NCBI GenBank assembly: GCA_963815445.1
Contig: CAWFGV010000004.1
Coordinates: 121,346 to 185,345 of the forward strand
Direction: 5' to 3'
From: an uncultured Actinomycetota bacterium
GTDB taxonomy: Bacteria > Actinomycetota > Actinomycetes > Propionibacteriales > Nocardioidaceae
Length of the DNA: 64,000 nt
Notes under the pieces: model-generated
Databases searched by the model: none
What the model was told of the DNA's origin: nothing
Seen by the model: only the letters and a program-made list of their open reading frames with translations
Program-made: the position numbers and the translations under genes
Shown: positions 43,107 to 56,506 of the stretch, in pieces
How positions within the stretch are numbered: position 1 is the stretch's first letter
Layout of the letters: each line of letters begins with the position of its first letter

Positions 43107-44089
43107 GCCGACGGATGACGGGCGGGCTGGCGGGCGACGGACATGGCATCGAGTGTGCCATCGCTCCCACCGTCCGTTCCGTGCGGGACACCGAGCTCGT
43201 CGGTACGCCGTTCGATGGCCGCCAGGACCGCCACCATGTCCGCGTCGGCATAGCCCAGTTCGACGGTTTCCGCGAACAAGTCGCGGCAGACGTTGAGCAA
43301 CGGAGAAGCGAGGTCGGCGCCGCGGGCCGCGTCGGCGATCAGCTCGTTGTTCTTCAGGACGTCCGCGGCGGCGGCCTGCGCGGCGTAGTCCTGCTGCAGC
43401 AGCTTGAGTGCCTTGACCTGGGACACGTTGCTCGCCATCGGTCCGACGTCGAGGACGTCCACCAGCTGGCGCAGGTCCAAACCGTGCCGGTCGGCGAAGT
43501 GGAAGGCCTCGGTCAGGCCGGTGACCATGGTGATCAGGAACAGGTTGACCGACAGCTTCATGAGGAGCGCGTTCGGCACGTCACCACAGAAGACGGCATT
43601 GCGGACCATGGGGGAGATGACCGAGTCGGCGACCGCGACCCCGTCCGCGTCGCCGGCCAGCATGGCCACGAGCTCGCCCGCCTCGGCCGGTTTGCGCGAC
43701 CCCGAGACCGGCGCCTCCACATAGCTCCCGCCAGCGGCTCTGATGTCGGCCTCGAGTGAGCGCGAGTAGAAGGGAGAGGTCGTCCCCATGTGAATGACCA
43801 TCCGTCCGTCGACGGCCGCGAAGCCCGGGGTGCCGCGCTGAAGCACCGCATCGATCGCGGCCTCGTCGGCCAGCATGAGGATGACCACTCGCGCCGCTCG
43901 CAGCACCTCGGCGGCGGTGGACGCCACACCTGCGCCGGCCAGACGCAGCGGCTCGGTCTTGCTCTCCGTGCGGTTCCACACGAACAGCGGTGTGCCGGCC
44001 CGCACCAGGTTCATCGCCATCGGCTGCCCCATCAGACCGAGGCCGATGAAGCCGATCACCGATCCCTCGAGGTGCCTCTGCACTGCCAT
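43103..44089 (-). CDS. NAD(P)-dependent oxidoreductase (3-hydroxyisobutyrate / 6-phosphogluconate dehydrogenase-like)
   Basis: [22 protein letters not shown] is a Rossmann motif. ATG 44089 is preceded by GGAGGGAGCAGGAG. The track ORF starts at TTG 44113. The stop overlaps the SURF1 start (ATGA). Confidence 0.8.
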   Translation of the reverse strand: MAVQRHLEGSVIGFIGLGLMGQPMAMNLVRAGTPLFVWNRTESKTEPLRLAGAGVASTAAEVLRAARVVILMLADEAAIDAVLQRGTPGFAAVDGRMVIHMGTTSPFYSRSLEADIRAAGGSYVEAPVSGSRKPAEAGELVAMLAGDADGVAVADSVISPMVRNAVFCGDVPNALLMKLSVNLFLITMVTGLTEAFHFADRHGLDLRQLVDVLDVGPMASNVSQVKALKLLQQDYAAQAAAADVLKNNELIADAARGADLASPLLNVCRDLFAETVELGYADADMVAVLAAIERRTDELGVPHGTDGGSDGTLDAMSVARQPARHPSA

Positions 44090-44125
44090 CTCCTGCTCCC
44101 TCCGCGGTTGCAAATTCGTTTGACT

Positions 44126-44767
44126 ATGACGACTGTCATGATGAACGATGGGCAGACTATGGCACCCACCGCCACCGTGTCGACAACGCGCAGCCCGAGG
44201 ACCCCGGTCCTGCCGGGGGTGCGGGCGATGCCAGCGGGCCCGGCCGTGCTGCTCCGGGCGTGCCTGTCCAGCGACGCCACGTGGTTACGTCAACTGTTCG
44301 AGCGGTGCACGCCCGCCACCCGCTACGACCGGTTCCACGCAGCAGTGCGGGAGATCCCGCCGGCGTACCTGCGCCAGGTGCTCTCGGCGGAGCCCGCCGT
44401 GCACGACGCGTTGGTCGTCGAGGTGCAGCGCCTTGACCTTCTACGCAGCCCGCTCGTGGCCATCGCCTCAGCCGCGCGCGTTCCGTCGGACCGGGGCTCC
44501 TTGGTCGAGATCGCCGTGCTCGTCGAGGACAGCTGGCAGGGCCAGGGACTCGGCACCTGGTTGCTCACGAGTCTCGTCGCCCGTGCCCGTCAACGGGGGA
44601 TCGAGCGTGTCCGGTGGTGCATGCTGAACCAAGGGAGGGAGTTGGTCCGGACGTTGCGCCGCGAGTTCGGACCGCTCGAGGTCCACCGCGACGGCGAGGT
44701 CATCACCGCCGAGGCCCGGTTGAACCCTCGGTCGGCGACAGAGGAGGCAGCGTGGCTGAGGCCGTGA
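44126..44767 (+). CDS. GNAT family N-acetyltransferase
   Basis: [34 protein letters not shown] is the acetyl-CoA binding motif A (Q/RxxGxG). The start is taken at ATG 44126. The track ORF 43790..44767 overlaps the opposite-strand oxidoreductase gene upstream. Confidence 0.7.
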   Translation: MTTVMMNDGQTMAPTATVSTTRSPRTPVLPGVRAMPAGPAVLLRACLSSDATWLRQLFERCTPATRYDRFHAAVREIPPAYLRQVLSAEPAVHDALVVEVQRLDLLRSPLVAIASAARVPSDRGSLVEIAVLVEDSWQGQGLGTWLLTSLVARARQRGIERVRWCMLNQGRELVRTLRREFGPLEVHRDGEVITAEARLNPRSATEEAAWLRP

Positions 44768-45384
44768 CGGACCCGGACAACTCGACGGGTTCCGGCGCGA
44801 TCACGAGCCAGCACGGACCGCGCGAGCGGATGGTCCGCAGTGCCATGGCCCTGATGTGCGTACAGGGCGTCAGCGGCACCGGACTCCGCGAGGTCGTGGC
44901 GCACGCCCAGGCGCCACGAGGTTCGCTGCAGCACTACTTCCCCGATGGCAAGGACCAACTGGTACGTGAGGCACTGGCTCTGGCTGCTCGGCGCGCGATC
45001 CGATCGGCCCGGCCGACTGCCGAGGGCGACGCCGGCAGGCCCTCCGACGTCCTGGCCCGGATGGTGGCCAGGTGGCGGACGTGGTTGTCGGAGTCGGACT
45101 TCGCCCTGGGGTGCCCGGTGGTGGCCACCGTGGTGGACGCCGCGTCGGACAACCCTGCGATCCGCGAAGCAACCGGGGCCGCGTTCGACCAGTGGCAAGG
45201 CGCCGTCCGGACCGAGCTGATGACCGCCGGGGTGCCGGAGGTTCGCGCGGCCGGCCTGGCCGGTGTCGCCATCAGCGCACTCGAGGGCGCCATCATCATG
45301 TCGCGGGCGCGCCATGACCTCGCGTACCTGGACCTGGTGGTCGAGGAGCTCGCCCCACTGCTCGACGGGGCAGCGATGTCCTGA
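44752..45384 (+). CDS. TetR/AcrR family transcriptional regulator
   Basis: RERMVRSAMALMCVQGVSGTGLREVVAHAQAPRGSLQHYFPDGKDQLV is a TetR HTH. GTG 44752 overlaps the GNAT stop region, so the start is uncertain. Confidence 0.8.
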   Translation: MAEAVTDPDNSTGSGAITSQHGPRERMVRSAMALMCVQGVSGTGLREVVAHAQAPRGSLQHYFPDGKDQLVREALALAARRAIRSARPTAEGDAGRPSDVLARMVARWRTWLSESDFALGCPVVATVVDAASDNPAIREATGAAFDQWQGAVRTELMTAGVPEVRAAGLAGVAISALEGAIIMSRARHDLAYLDLVVEELAPLLDGAAMS

Positions 45385-45464
45385 GCCGCTGATTCGGAAC
45401 ACCCTTGCGGTCCAGGACCGCCGTTGACCACAGTCCTGTTCCGAACCGCGTCCACATCACAGAG

Positions 45465-45537
45465 TGGAGACGAAGGGACTCGAACCCTCAACCCCCTGCT
45501 TGCAAAGCAGGTGCGCTACCAATTGCGCCACGTCCCC
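45465..45537 (-). tRNA. tRNA-Ala (anticodon UGC)
   Basis: The reverse complement is GGGGACGTGGCGCAATTGGTAGCGCACCTGCTTTGCAAGCAGGGGGTTGAGGGTTCGAGTCCCTTCGTCTCCA. It has a G3-U70 pair in the acceptor stem and anticodon loop TTTGCAA. CCA is not encoded. Confidence 0.9.
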
Positions 45538-45591
45538 GGGGCGTCGACCTGTGGGGTCGGACGCTGACGTCGTACGACGTCGGAGCTGGGA

Positions 45592-45723
45592 TCAGTGACC
45601 CGGCTTGATCGAGTCGGTCGCCTCAGCCCAGAGCTCGGCGTCCTTGTCGCTGCCGGTCAGCTTGTCGAGCACGACCTTGGCGATGGCGCCGACGACGACG
45701 ACGGCGAGAAGCTTCTTCAGCAT
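45592..45723 (-). CDS. DLW-39 family small membrane protein (43 aa)
   Basis: Below the size cut-off of the ORF track. The reverse strand reads MLKKLLAVVVVGAIAKVVLDKLTGSDKDAELWAEATDSIKPGH, stop. All but a few codons end in G/C. AAGGGG lies upstream. The gene sits between tRNA-Ala and tRNA-Ile. Confidence 0.7.
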   Translation of the reverse strand: MLKKLLAVVVVGAIAKVVLDKLTGSDKDAELWAEATDSIKPGH

Positions 45724-45816
45724 GGTGGCCCCTTCAGGCTGGTCGGACAGGTTGCGCCGGCCCGAGAGCCAGACCCGCCGCAGCTGCTGGCCTGAGTCGA
45801 CCCTGAGTCAACACAG

Positions 45817-45890
45817 TGGGCCTAAGAGGACTTGAACCTCTGACCTCTTCCTTATCAGGGAAGCGCTCTAACCGTCTGAGCTATAGGCCC
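45817..45890 (-). tRNA. tRNA-Ile (anticodon GAU)
   Basis: The reverse complement is GGGCCTATAGCTCAGACGGTTAGAGCGCTTCCCTGATAAGGAAGAGGTCAGAGGTTCAAGTCCTCTTAGGCCCA. Anticodon loop CTGATAA. CCA is not encoded. Confidence 0.9.
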
Positions 45891-45990
45891 GTAAGACAGC
45901 CCCCGTGCGCGAAGGCCGACGAGTGAGATTACCCCATCGGACAGGAAGCTCCCAAACCGGTTCGACGGCGGCAGAGCATGTCCGGGAGGG

Positions 45991-46796
45991 CTACTTCACG
46001 TCCTCCGCAAGGGTGACCTCGACGCCGCCGAGCAGCGACGCCGACATGTTGTAGATGAACGCTCCGAGCGTGGCCAGCGCGGTGATCAGGACCACGTCGA
46101 TCGCACTGATCAGCATCGTGATGCCCATGACCCGGCTCATGCCGACGTAGTCCTTGATGTCGAACGCATCGGCCTTGTCCTGGTTGAGGACACCCTGGAT
46201 GGTGGCGTTGACGTGATCCCACAGACCCGCCGCGCTCATGATCGAGAAGATCAGGAACACCGAGACCACGCACATGATGCCGAACGCGATCGACAGCAGC
46301 AGCGACGCCTTGGTCACCGACCACGGGTCGACGCGCATGAGCCGGAGCTTGGCCCGGCGAACCGTTCGCGGTCGCGATGCGGCGGCACGCCGCTCCGCGC
46401 GCTTGTCGACGGGAGGAGCAACCGCTGCCCGGTGGTCTCCCTGGTCGATCGGCGCCGGCGGCACCGGGAAGGTCCGACCCTTCTCGACCTCGGCCACGGA
46501 GTACGGCTGCGGGTTACCGCCGTACGGCGGCGTCATCACCGGCTGGGTGGGGGCGTCGGTGAAGTCGCGGTCGGCCCGGAGGTCGGCGAAGTCGCGGTCG
46601 GCCCGGGCGGCCGCAGCCTCACGCGCTGACGTGTCGGCGACGTCGCGTTGCGCCGGGGCCTCGGACGTCTCGCGCTGAGCGGTGCCGACTGGGGTTGTCG
46701 CGGCCGGCGTTCCCGACGGAGGGGTAGGCCCGGAGGCTGCCCCGGCCTTGCTCAGCGACCGCCGGGGTGCCAGCGGTTCGTTGTCGCGCGGGTTGG

Positions 46797-46800
<4 letters not shown>
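45991..46800 (-). CDS. DUF3566 domain-containing membrane protein (Rv0007 position)
   Basis: Disordered N-terminus. The conserved C-terminus reads [32 protein letters not shown]...[23 protein letters not shown]. The start overlaps the gyrA stop (ATGA). Confidence 0.8.
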
Positions 46801-49475
<2,675 letters not shown>

Positions 49476-49575
49476 CGCGTGGATCCTTTACTGGTAAGGC
49501 GATTGAGCACGTCTTTGGCTCTCTTCAAGTGGCTTGTTGAGCCGGACCGAGCGACTTCGTCGCTCGGTCCGTCCA

Positions 49576-51711
49576 TCAGATGTCGAGGAAACGCACGTCT
49601 TTGGCGTTGCGCTGGATGAACGATCGTCGCTGCTCGACGTCCTCTCCCATCAGGATGGAGAAGATCTCGTCGGCCTGCGCGGCGTCGTCCAGCGTCACCT
49701 GCGAGAGCACCCGGTTGTCGGGGTCCATGGTCGTGTCCCACAACTCGTCGGCATTCATCTCGCCAAGTCCCTTGTATCGCTGGATCGAGTTCTCCTTGGG
49801 CAGCTTCTTGCCTTCGGCCTTCCCGGCCTCCAGCAGCGCGTCACGCTCGCGGTCGGAGTAGACGTACTCGTGGGGGTGCGGGTTGTTCCACTTCAGCCGG
49901 TACAGCGGCGGCCGGGCGAGGTAGACGTAGCCGCCCTCGATCAGCGGCTTCATGAACCGGAACAGCAACGTGAGCAGCAGCGTCTGGATGTGATGGCCGT
50001 CGACATCGGCGTCGGCCATCATCACGATCTTGTGGTAGCGCAGCTTGTCGGCGTCGAAGTCCTCCTGGATGCCGGTGCCGAGCGCGGAGATGATCGCCTG
50101 CACCTCGGTGTTGGCGAGGACCCGGTCGATCCGGGCCTTCTCGACGTTGAGGATCTTGCCCCGGATCGGCAGGATCGCCTGGACGCGCGGGTCGCGCCCG
50201 CCGCGTGCTGAACCGCCGGCGGAGTCACCCTCGACGATGAACACCTCGCACTCGGCCGGGTTGGTCGACTGACAGTCCGAGAGCTTGCCGGGCAACCCGC
50301 CACCGCCGAGCAGACCCTTGCGGTTGCGGGCCAGGTCGCGCGCTTTGCGGGCGGCGACCCGGGCCGTCGCTGCGGCGATGCCCTTGCGGACGATGTCGCG
50401 GCCCTCGGCCGGATTCTTCTCGAACCACTGCCCCAGCTGGTCGTTCAGGATCTTCTGGGTGAACGACTTGGCTTCGGTGTTACCGAGCTTGGTCTTGGTC
50501 TGACCCTCGAACTGCGGCTCGGCGAGCTTGACGGACACGATGGCGGTCAGCCCTTCGCGGACGTCGTCACCGGACAGCCGGTCCTCCTTCTTCTTGATCA
50601 GCCCCCACTCCTCGGCCCAGTTGTTGACCGTTGTGGTCAGCGCCGCGCGGAAGCCCTCCTCGTGGGTGCCACCCTCGTGGGTGTTGATCGTGTTGGCGAA
50701 GGTGTGCACCGACTCGGTGAAGCTGGAGTTCCACTGCATCGCGACCTCGAGGCTCATGCCGATGTCGCCGTTGGACGCCTCGAACGCGATGATCGTGCGG
50801 TGGATCGGGTCCTTGGGAGAGTTGAGGTGCTTGACATAGTCGACCAACCCGTCCTGGTACAGGAAGCGCCTCTCGATGCCACCGGCGTGGTCGGACCTGA
50901 TGCCGTCGGCGCCACCGTCGACCGAGGCGTCGATGGTCTGGTCGGCGACCGCATCTGCGATGCCGGCCGCGCGCTCCGGCCGCTCGTCGCGAACGACGAT
51001 CTCGAGGCCCTTGTTCAGGAACGCCATCTCGCGGAAACGTGACGCGATCGTCTCGAACGAGTGGTCGGTCGTCTCGAAGATGCTCTTCGACGGCCACCAC
51101 GTGATCGTGGTCCCGGTCTCGTCGGTGGCCTCATGCCGTTCGAGCTCTGCGTCGGGGACGCCGAAGGTGAAGGACTGGGTCCAGCGGTACCCGTCGTTCT
51201 TCACGTCGACGATCAGCTTCTCGCTCAGGGCGTTGACGACCGAGGAGCCAACCCCGTGCAATCCGCCGGACACCTTGTAGCCGCCGCCGCCGAACTTGCC
51301 GCCCGCATGCAGCTGGGTCAGCACCAACGTGACGGCCGGGACGCCCTCGATGGGGTGGATGCCGGTGGGGATGCCGCGCCCGTTGTCGATGACCCGGACA
51401 CCACCATCCGCAAGCAGCGTCACGTCGACCAGGTCGCAGTACCCAGCCAGCGCCTCGTCGACGGCATTGTCGACGATCTCGGTGACCAGATGGTGCAGGC
51501 CGCGTTCGCCGGTCGAGCCGATGTACATGCCCGGCCGCTTGCGCACGGCCTCGAGGCCCTCGAGCAACGTGATGTCCGAGGCGTCATACGTGCCGTCGGC
51601 GTCCGCAGGGACGGTGGCTGCTGTGTCAACCGTTTCCGGGGGGACCGGGTCGCTGCGGTCGGTGGCTCCGTTGTCGTCGTTGTCGACGCTGCCCTGGTCG
51701 CCTTGCGTCAC
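49576..51711 (-). CDS. gyrB: DNA gyrase subunit B
   Basis: [27 protein letters not shown], the TOPRIM motif [14 protein letters not shown], and [12 protein letters not shown]-type [14 protein letters not shown] 51711 has GGAGGAAG 7 nt upstream. The track ORF starts further upstream at 51780. Confidence 0.97.
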   Translation of the reverse strand: MTQGDQGSVDNDDNGATDRSDPVPPETVDTAATVPADADGTYDASDITLLEGLEAVRKRPGMYIGSTGERGLHHLVTEIVDNAVDEALAGYCDLVDVTLLADGGVRVIDNGRGIPTGIHPIEGVPAVTLVLTQLHAGGKFGGGGYKVSGGLHGVGSSVVNALSEKLIVDVKNDGYRWTQSFTFGVPDAELERHEATDETGTTITWWPSKSIFETTDHSFETIASRFREMAFLNKGLEIVVRDERPERAAGIADAVADQTIDASVDGGADGIRSDHAGGIERRFLYQDGLVDYVKHLNSPKDPIHRTIIAFEASNGDIGMSLEVAMQWNSSFTESVHTFANTINTHEGGTHEEGFRAALTTTVNNWAEEWGLIKKKEDRLSGDDVREGLTAIVSVKLAEPQFEGQTKTKLGNTEAKSFTQKILNDQLGQWFEKNPAEGRDIVRKGIAAATARVAARKARDLARNRKGLLGGGGLPGKLSDCQSTNPAECEVFIVEGDSAGGSARGGRDPRVQAILPIRGKILNVEKARIDRVLANTEVQAIISALGTGIQEDFDADKLRYHKIVMMADADVDGHHIQTLLLTLLFRFMKPLIEGGYVYLARPPLYRLKWNNPHPHEYVYSDRERDALLEAGKAEGKKLPKENSIQRYKGLGEMNADELWDTTMDPDNRVLSQVTLDDAAQADEIFSILMGEDVEQRRSFIQRNAKDVRFLDI

Positions 51712-52079
51712 GCTTGCTTCCTCCGAAGTCGATCGCCGAGCCAGATCGGAGCCACGGCAAGGCCGTGAGAACCGCCCCAACTCAGCACAAAGGCCGCTGG
51801 TGCAGAACGCGAGGCGTCAGTCCCGCTCCTACCCTTGCCGGGTAGGTCCACACGGTGAAGCGGCCTTACTTGAACGTTTCGAGTATAGGCGATTCCCTGC
51901 CCGATGACGGCATTGGCTGCCTCTGGGGACAGGGTGGATCAACGCAGGAAACGGTGCACAAGGGCCTGGAGCGGCGGTTGCAGCCACCAGCAGGGTCGGG
52001 TCTGTGTCCCTCCATGTCCGAGAGGCCCGGAGATCGGCTGCTGACCGCCCGGCGCCGGGCAGCGACCGGGCCGATCGGT

Positions 52080-52658
52080 TCACCCGTACGTGTCACGCGG
52101 ACCCCGGCCGCCGCGAACCGTGCGCCGGCCCCGTCGCCAGGACGGCGCTGCCGGCCCGGCCACGTCGATGCGCAGGACGGTCCCATGGCCGAGCTCCTCG
52201 TTGAGACGGCGTACGACGTTCGGCGCGAGCAGCGTGAGCTGAGTCGCCCAGGCGGTCGAGTCGGTGCGAACGGTCAACCTGCCCTCGGCGAAGCTCTCCG
52301 GCGTGCAGTGCTCGGCGACCTCGCCCCCGACGATCTGGGACCACCGGCCGAAGACACCGTGAACCGCCAGCTCGGTGGTCCAGCCGCTCTCGCTGACGAG
52401 CTTCTCGACGGCCGAACCGACGAGGGCCGGGTCGCGGTCGTCGGGATGAGCACCTGACCGCAGCGGGTTGTCGGGTCTTGGGGCAGTGCGTCGGCCGGTC
52501 GGCCGTCTCGCTTGTCCCCGCAGTCCCGACGCGAGTGCCCTGGCAGTCTCGAGACCGGTGGGGTCGTGGGGGGGCAAGGCCTCGTCGGCGGGCTCCGGTG
52601 ACCCAGTCCTCGGCGGAGGCAGATCGATGCGGGCGCTTTCGTCAGCCGGCTCAGGCAT
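52080..52658 (-). CDS. DUF721 domain-containing protein (DciA-like, Rv0004 position)
   Basis: Disordered N-terminus, then [52 protein letters not shown]. The gene overlaps the recF stop by 8 nt. Confidence 0.8.
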   Translation of the reverse strand: MPEPADESARIDLPPPRTGSPEPADEALPPHDPTGLETARALASGLRGQARRPTGRRTAPRPDNPLRSGAHPDDRDPALVGSAVEKLVSESGWTTELAVHGVFGRWSQIVGGEVAEHCTPESFAEGRLTVRTDSTAWATQLTLLAPNVVRRLNEELGHGTVLRIDVAGPAAPSWRRGRRTVRGGRGPRDTYG

Positions 52659-53796
52659 TGGTCACCGTCCCCTCCCGTACGTCGAAAAGATGCTGGACCA
52701 GGGTGGTCGGCACGTCATCGCGGACAGCAGCCGTGACCAGCACCTGCTCGGTCTCGGCCACCAGCTGGGCGAGCCGACCACGGCGCAGATCGTCGAGCTC
52801 GGCAAAGACGTCGTCCAGAATGAGTACCGGGTCGTCGCCGTCGGCGCGGAGCAGCTCGAAAGCGGCCAACCGGAGGCCGAGCGCGAACGACCAGGACTCA
52901 CCATGGCTCGCGTAACCCCGAGCCGGCAAGGCCCCGAGCGAGAGAGTGAGGTCATCGCGGTGGGGGCCGACCAGGCTCACTCCACGGTCGAGCTCATCAC
53001 TGCGCCGCCGCCCGAGCTCGGCAAGGATCGACGCCGTCAATGCCTCGCGGTCGACCACTCCCGCCTCGAGCTCGAGCGATGGTTTGTAGGCGAGCGCAGC
53101 ATCGTTGCCGCCGTCGGGCCTCGGCACCGACTCGGACAGGTCCGCGTAGTGACGCGTCACGTGCGGCCTGAGCGCATCGACGAGCGCCAACCGGGCGGCC
53201 AGCAGCTCGGCACCTGTCCTGGCGAGATGGGCGTCCCAGACCTCGAGTGTGGCGAGTGCGCCCTCGTTGCGCTGGCCGGACCGGCGGCCACCGGCGGTCT
53301 TGAGCAGCGTGTTGCGCTGTCGCAGGACCCGGTCGTAGTCGGCCCGGACGCCGGCGAAGCGCGGCTGCCGGGCCACCAGGAGCTCGTCGAGGAAGCGGCG
53401 GCGGTCGCCGGGGTCACCCTTGACGAGGCTCAGATCCTCCGGGGAGAAGACGACCGTCCGCAGAATGCCGAGCACCTCTCGCGCTCGGGGCACGGACCCC
53501 CGGTTGAGCCTGGCCCGGTTTGATTTGCCGGGATTGATCTCCAGCTCGATGAGGGCCTGCCGGTCGTCGCGCTGGATCGTCGTACGCACGATGGCCTGGT
53601 CCGCCCCGAACCGCACCAGTGGTTGGTCGCTGGCGACCCGGTGCGAGGACTGAGTCGCGACGTAGTCGATCGCCTCGACGAGGTTCGTCTTGCCCTGACC
53701 GTTGGGCCCGATGAACGCCGAGACGCCAGGCAGGATCTCGACGTCCGCCGAGGCGTAGGAACGGAAGTCGACGAGGGTGAGGTGGGAGACGTGCAC
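52651..53796 (-). CDS. recF: DNA replication and repair protein RecF
   Basis: [43 protein letters not shown] (Walker A), the signature [18 protein letters not shown], and Walker [13 protein letters not shown]. Confidence 0.95.
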   Translation of the reverse strand: MHVSHLTLVDFRSYASADVEILPGVSAFIGPNGQGKTNLVEAIDYVATQSSHRVASDQPLVRFGADQAIVRTTIQRDDRQALIELEINPGKSNRARLNRGSVPRAREVLGILRTVVFSPEDLSLVKGDPGDRRRFLDELLVARQPRFAGVRADYDRVLRQRNTLLKTAGGRRSGQRNEGALATLEVWDAHLARTGAELLAARLALVDALRPHVTRHYADLSESVPRPDGGNDAALAYKPSLELEAGVVDREALTASILAELGRRRSDELDRGVSLVGPHRDDLTLSLGALPARGYASHGESWSFALGLRLAAFELLRADGDDPVLILDDVFAELDDLRRGRLAQLVAETEQVLVTAAVRDDVPTTLVQHLFDVREGTVTNA

Positions 53797-53835
53797 CGGT
53801 CGCGTGCTCCCCGGGTCAGGGGGACTCGGTGGTCA

Positions 53836-54753
53836 CTAGGACGGCTGGACGTCGGCTGAGGGGGTGGCGCCCTTGCCACCGCCGGAGCGGACGGCGTGGC
53901 CACCGAACTGGTTGCGCATCGCGGCGACGGCCTTCATCGCGGGTGACTCGTCCTGCCGGGACTGGAACCGGGCGTACAGAGCCGCGGTGATTGCGTGCAT
54001 CGGCACGGCGTGGTCGATGGCGGCCTCGATCGTCCACCGGCCCTCGCCGGAGTCCTCGGCGTACCCCGCGATCTGGGCCAGCCCCTCGTCCTCGTCGAGG
54101 GCTGCGACCAGCAGGTCGAGCAGCCAGGACCGGATCACCGTGCCCTCACGCCAGGAGGCGAGGACCTCCGGGACGTTCTCGCAGATCTCGGCCTTCTGCA
54201 GCAGCTCGTACCCCTCGGCGTACGCCTGCATGAGGCCGTACTCGATCCCGTTGTGCACCATCTTGGAGAAATGACCGGCGCCGACGGGTCCGGCGTGGAC
54301 GAAGCCGTACTCACCCTCGGGCTTGAGCGCGTCGAAGGCCGGCTGCACCTTCGCCACGTGCTCCGCCGCGCCGCCGCACATCAGGGCGTAACCGTTCTCG
54401 AGCCCCCAGACGCCGCCCGACACCCCGCAGTCGACGAACCCGACGCCCTGGGCGGCGAGCATGTCCGCGTGAACCTTGTCGTCGGTCCAGCGGGAGTTGC
54501 CGCCGTCGACGACGACGTCACCCTCGCCCAGCAGCTCGCCGAGCGCCTTGACGGTCTCGCGGGTGGGGTCGCCCGAAGGCACCATGACCCAGACGACCTT
54601 GGGTGTGCCCAGCGCGTCGACGAGCTCCTGCAGACTGCCCGCGTCGCTGATCTCGGCATTGCGGTCGAAGCCGATGACGGTGTGCCCCGCCCGGCGCAGC
54701 CGCTCGCGCATGTTGCCGCCCATCTTGCCCAGGCCGATGAGTCCGATGTCCAT
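53836..54753 (-). CDS. gnd: 6-phosphogluconate dehydrogenase (decarboxylating), short form
   Basis: MDIGLIGLGKMGGNMRERL, VDCGVSGGVWGLENGYALMCGG and GAGHFSKMVHNGIEYGLMQAYAEG. Confidence 0.9.
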   Translation of the reverse strand: MDIGLIGLGKMGGNMRERLRRAGHTVIGFDRNAEISDAGSLQELVDALGTPKVVWVMVPSGDPTRETVKALGELLGEGDVVVDGGNSRWTDDKVHADMLAAQGVGFVDCGVSGGVWGLENGYALMCGGAAEHVAKVQPAFDALKPEGEYGFVHAGPVGAGHFSKMVHNGIEYGLMQAYAEGYELLQKAEICENVPEVLASWREGTVIRSWLLDLLVAALDEDEGLAQIAGYAEDSGEGRWTIEAAIDHAVPMHAITAALYARFQSRQDESPAMKAVAAMRNQFGGHAVRSGGGKGATPSADVQPS

Positions 54754-54853
54754 GCGTTCATCCTTTCCGGGCAGGGCGGGAGCTGCCGTGCCGAGACGTG
54801 GAGACCTGCGAGAGGTCCGTACTGCGTTCAGTCTCTGTCCAGTCTCCGTCGTG

Positions 54854-55996
54854 TCAACCCTGCATACGCAGCGGCATCAGCAGGTAGCGGAAGGCCAGGT
54901 CGGGCTGCCCGTCGGGCCCCCCCAGGCTGGCGAACGCGGCCGGTCGTGCCGGCTGGGTCATGAGCACGTGCACGTGCGAGCCTCCGATGGCGCCGAGTCC
55001 GTCGAGCAGGTAGGCCGGGTTGAACCCGATGGAGATGTCCTCACCCGTCAGGTTGGCCTCGAGCGACTCCGATGCCTGGGCCTCCTCGCCGTTCCCGGCC
55101 TCGAGGGTGACCACGCCGTCCGCGAAGCCGAGGCGAATCGGGGTGTTGCGACCTGCGACGAGCGACACCCGCTTGACCGAGTCGATGAGCGCCGAGACGT
55201 CGATCTGTGCCGTGATGTCGGCGGTGCTGGGGAACAGCTGCCGCACATTGGGGAAGGCGCCCTCGATGAGGCGGGTCGTGGTGCGGCGGTGACCACCGGC
55301 CGCCTCTGACTCGAAGCCGATGAGTCCCTCTGCACCGGAGGTGGACAGGGCGATGGTGAGCTGAGTGCCGGCGGCCAGCGACTTGGCGGTGTCGGACAGC
55401 ACGCGCGCAGGGACCAGTGCGCTGACGCTCAGGTCGGACTGGGTGGGGTTCCACTCGAGCTCACGCAGGCTGAGGCGGAACCGGTCGGTGGCGAGCAGCG
55501 AGAGGGTCGAGCCGTCGATCTCGAGCTTGACACCGGTCAGCACCGGGAGCATGTCGTCGCGACCGGCCGCCGTGACGGCCTGGGCGACCGCCGCGGCGAA
55601 TGTCTCGGAGTCCACGGTGCCGGCGATTTCCGGCATCTCAGGCAGCGCCGGGTAGTCCTCGACGGGCATCGTCTGCAGGCTGAACCGGGAGCTGCCACAG
55701 GTCACGGCCAGCTTCGCACCGTCAAGTGAGACATCGACCGGCTTGGCGGGCAGGGCGCGCGCGATGTCGGCCAGCAGGCGGCCGGAGACCAACACCTCAC
55801 CCTCGTCGGCGACGTCTGCCGGGATCGTGACCTGGGCCGACGTCTCGTAGTCGAAGCCGCTGAGGGACAGCCCGTGCTGGGTCGTCCGGACCAGGATCCC
55901 CGAGAGCTGCGGCAGCGTGCCGGGCCGCGTGGGAATGGAGCGAGCTGTCCAGGCGACGGCCTCGGCCAGGACGTCTCGGTCGACGCGGAACTTCAC
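54854..55996 (-). CDS. dnaN: DNA polymerase III beta sliding clamp
   Basis: MKFRVDRDVLAEAVAWTARSIPTRP, LLATDRFRLSL, and the C-terminal RYLLMPLRM. Confidence 0.95.
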   Translation of the reverse strand: MKFRVDRDVLAEAVAWTARSIPTRPGTLPQLSGILVRTTQHGLSLSGFDYETSAQVTIPADVADEGEVLVSGRLLADIARALPAKPVDVSLDGAKLAVTCGSSRFSLQTMPVEDYPALPEMPEIAGTVDSETFAAAVAQAVTAAGRDDMLPVLTGVKLEIDGSTLSLLATDRFRLSLRELEWNPTQSDLSVSALVPARVLSDTAKSLAAGTQLTIALSTSGAEGLIGFESEAAGGHRRTTTRLIEGAFPNVRQLFPSTADITAQIDVSALIDSVKRVSLVAGRNTPIRLGFADGVVTLEAGNGEEAQASESLEANLTGEDISIGFNPAYLLDGLGAIGGSHVHVLMTQPARPAAFASLGGPDGQPDLAFRYLLMPLRMQG

Positions 55997-56266
55997 GGTG
56001 CGTTGCCTCCTGCCTCGACAACGTGGTCGAAGCGGTCGGCTTCGCCGCGTCCGGGACGTGTACGGGACGTGATCGGACCCCGAGCGCCGGGTCGATCAGT
56101 CAGATCGGCCGGCGCGGGGTGGGGTTGAATCCTGCCATGCCCGGTGATGCTTGGGGACCGTTGGGGCGAAGAGATGGCAAGTTTTCCCCACCCGGCCGGC
56201 CGCAAGGCTTTGGATGAGAGGTCATACAGGTAACTCTCTCGTCGTGGTCGTAGCACCGGTGGATTC

Positions 56267-56442
56267 TGTGGACAACCACTGTCGGTGCTGGTCAGGGGAG
56301 ACATTGGTGGGCGGCGGACCTGTGGACAACCGGCCGTACGTGGATCGACGGGGTGGACATACAGCGATGTGATTCGTGGGCATCCACACGCGTCCACAGG
56401 ACTGGTGCTTCTCGCCGGCGTCAGTCCACAGGCTTGTCCCCA
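56267..56442. other. oriC-type DnaA-box cluster in the dnaA-dnaN spacer
   Basis: TGTGGACAA at 56267-56275 and 56321-56329 (both perfect), and GGTGGACAT at 56352-56360. In the opposite orientation are GCATCCACA (56380), GCGTCCACA (56390), CAGTCCACA (56422) and TTGTCCCCA (56434-56442). An AT-richer patch lies at 56218-56240. Confidence 0.75.
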
Positions 56443-56506
56443 GGTTGTGCGGAGCGCCCGGGGCAGCTCGGCAAGCCGGAGGACGCGCCGGGACCTCACA
56501 CGAACC

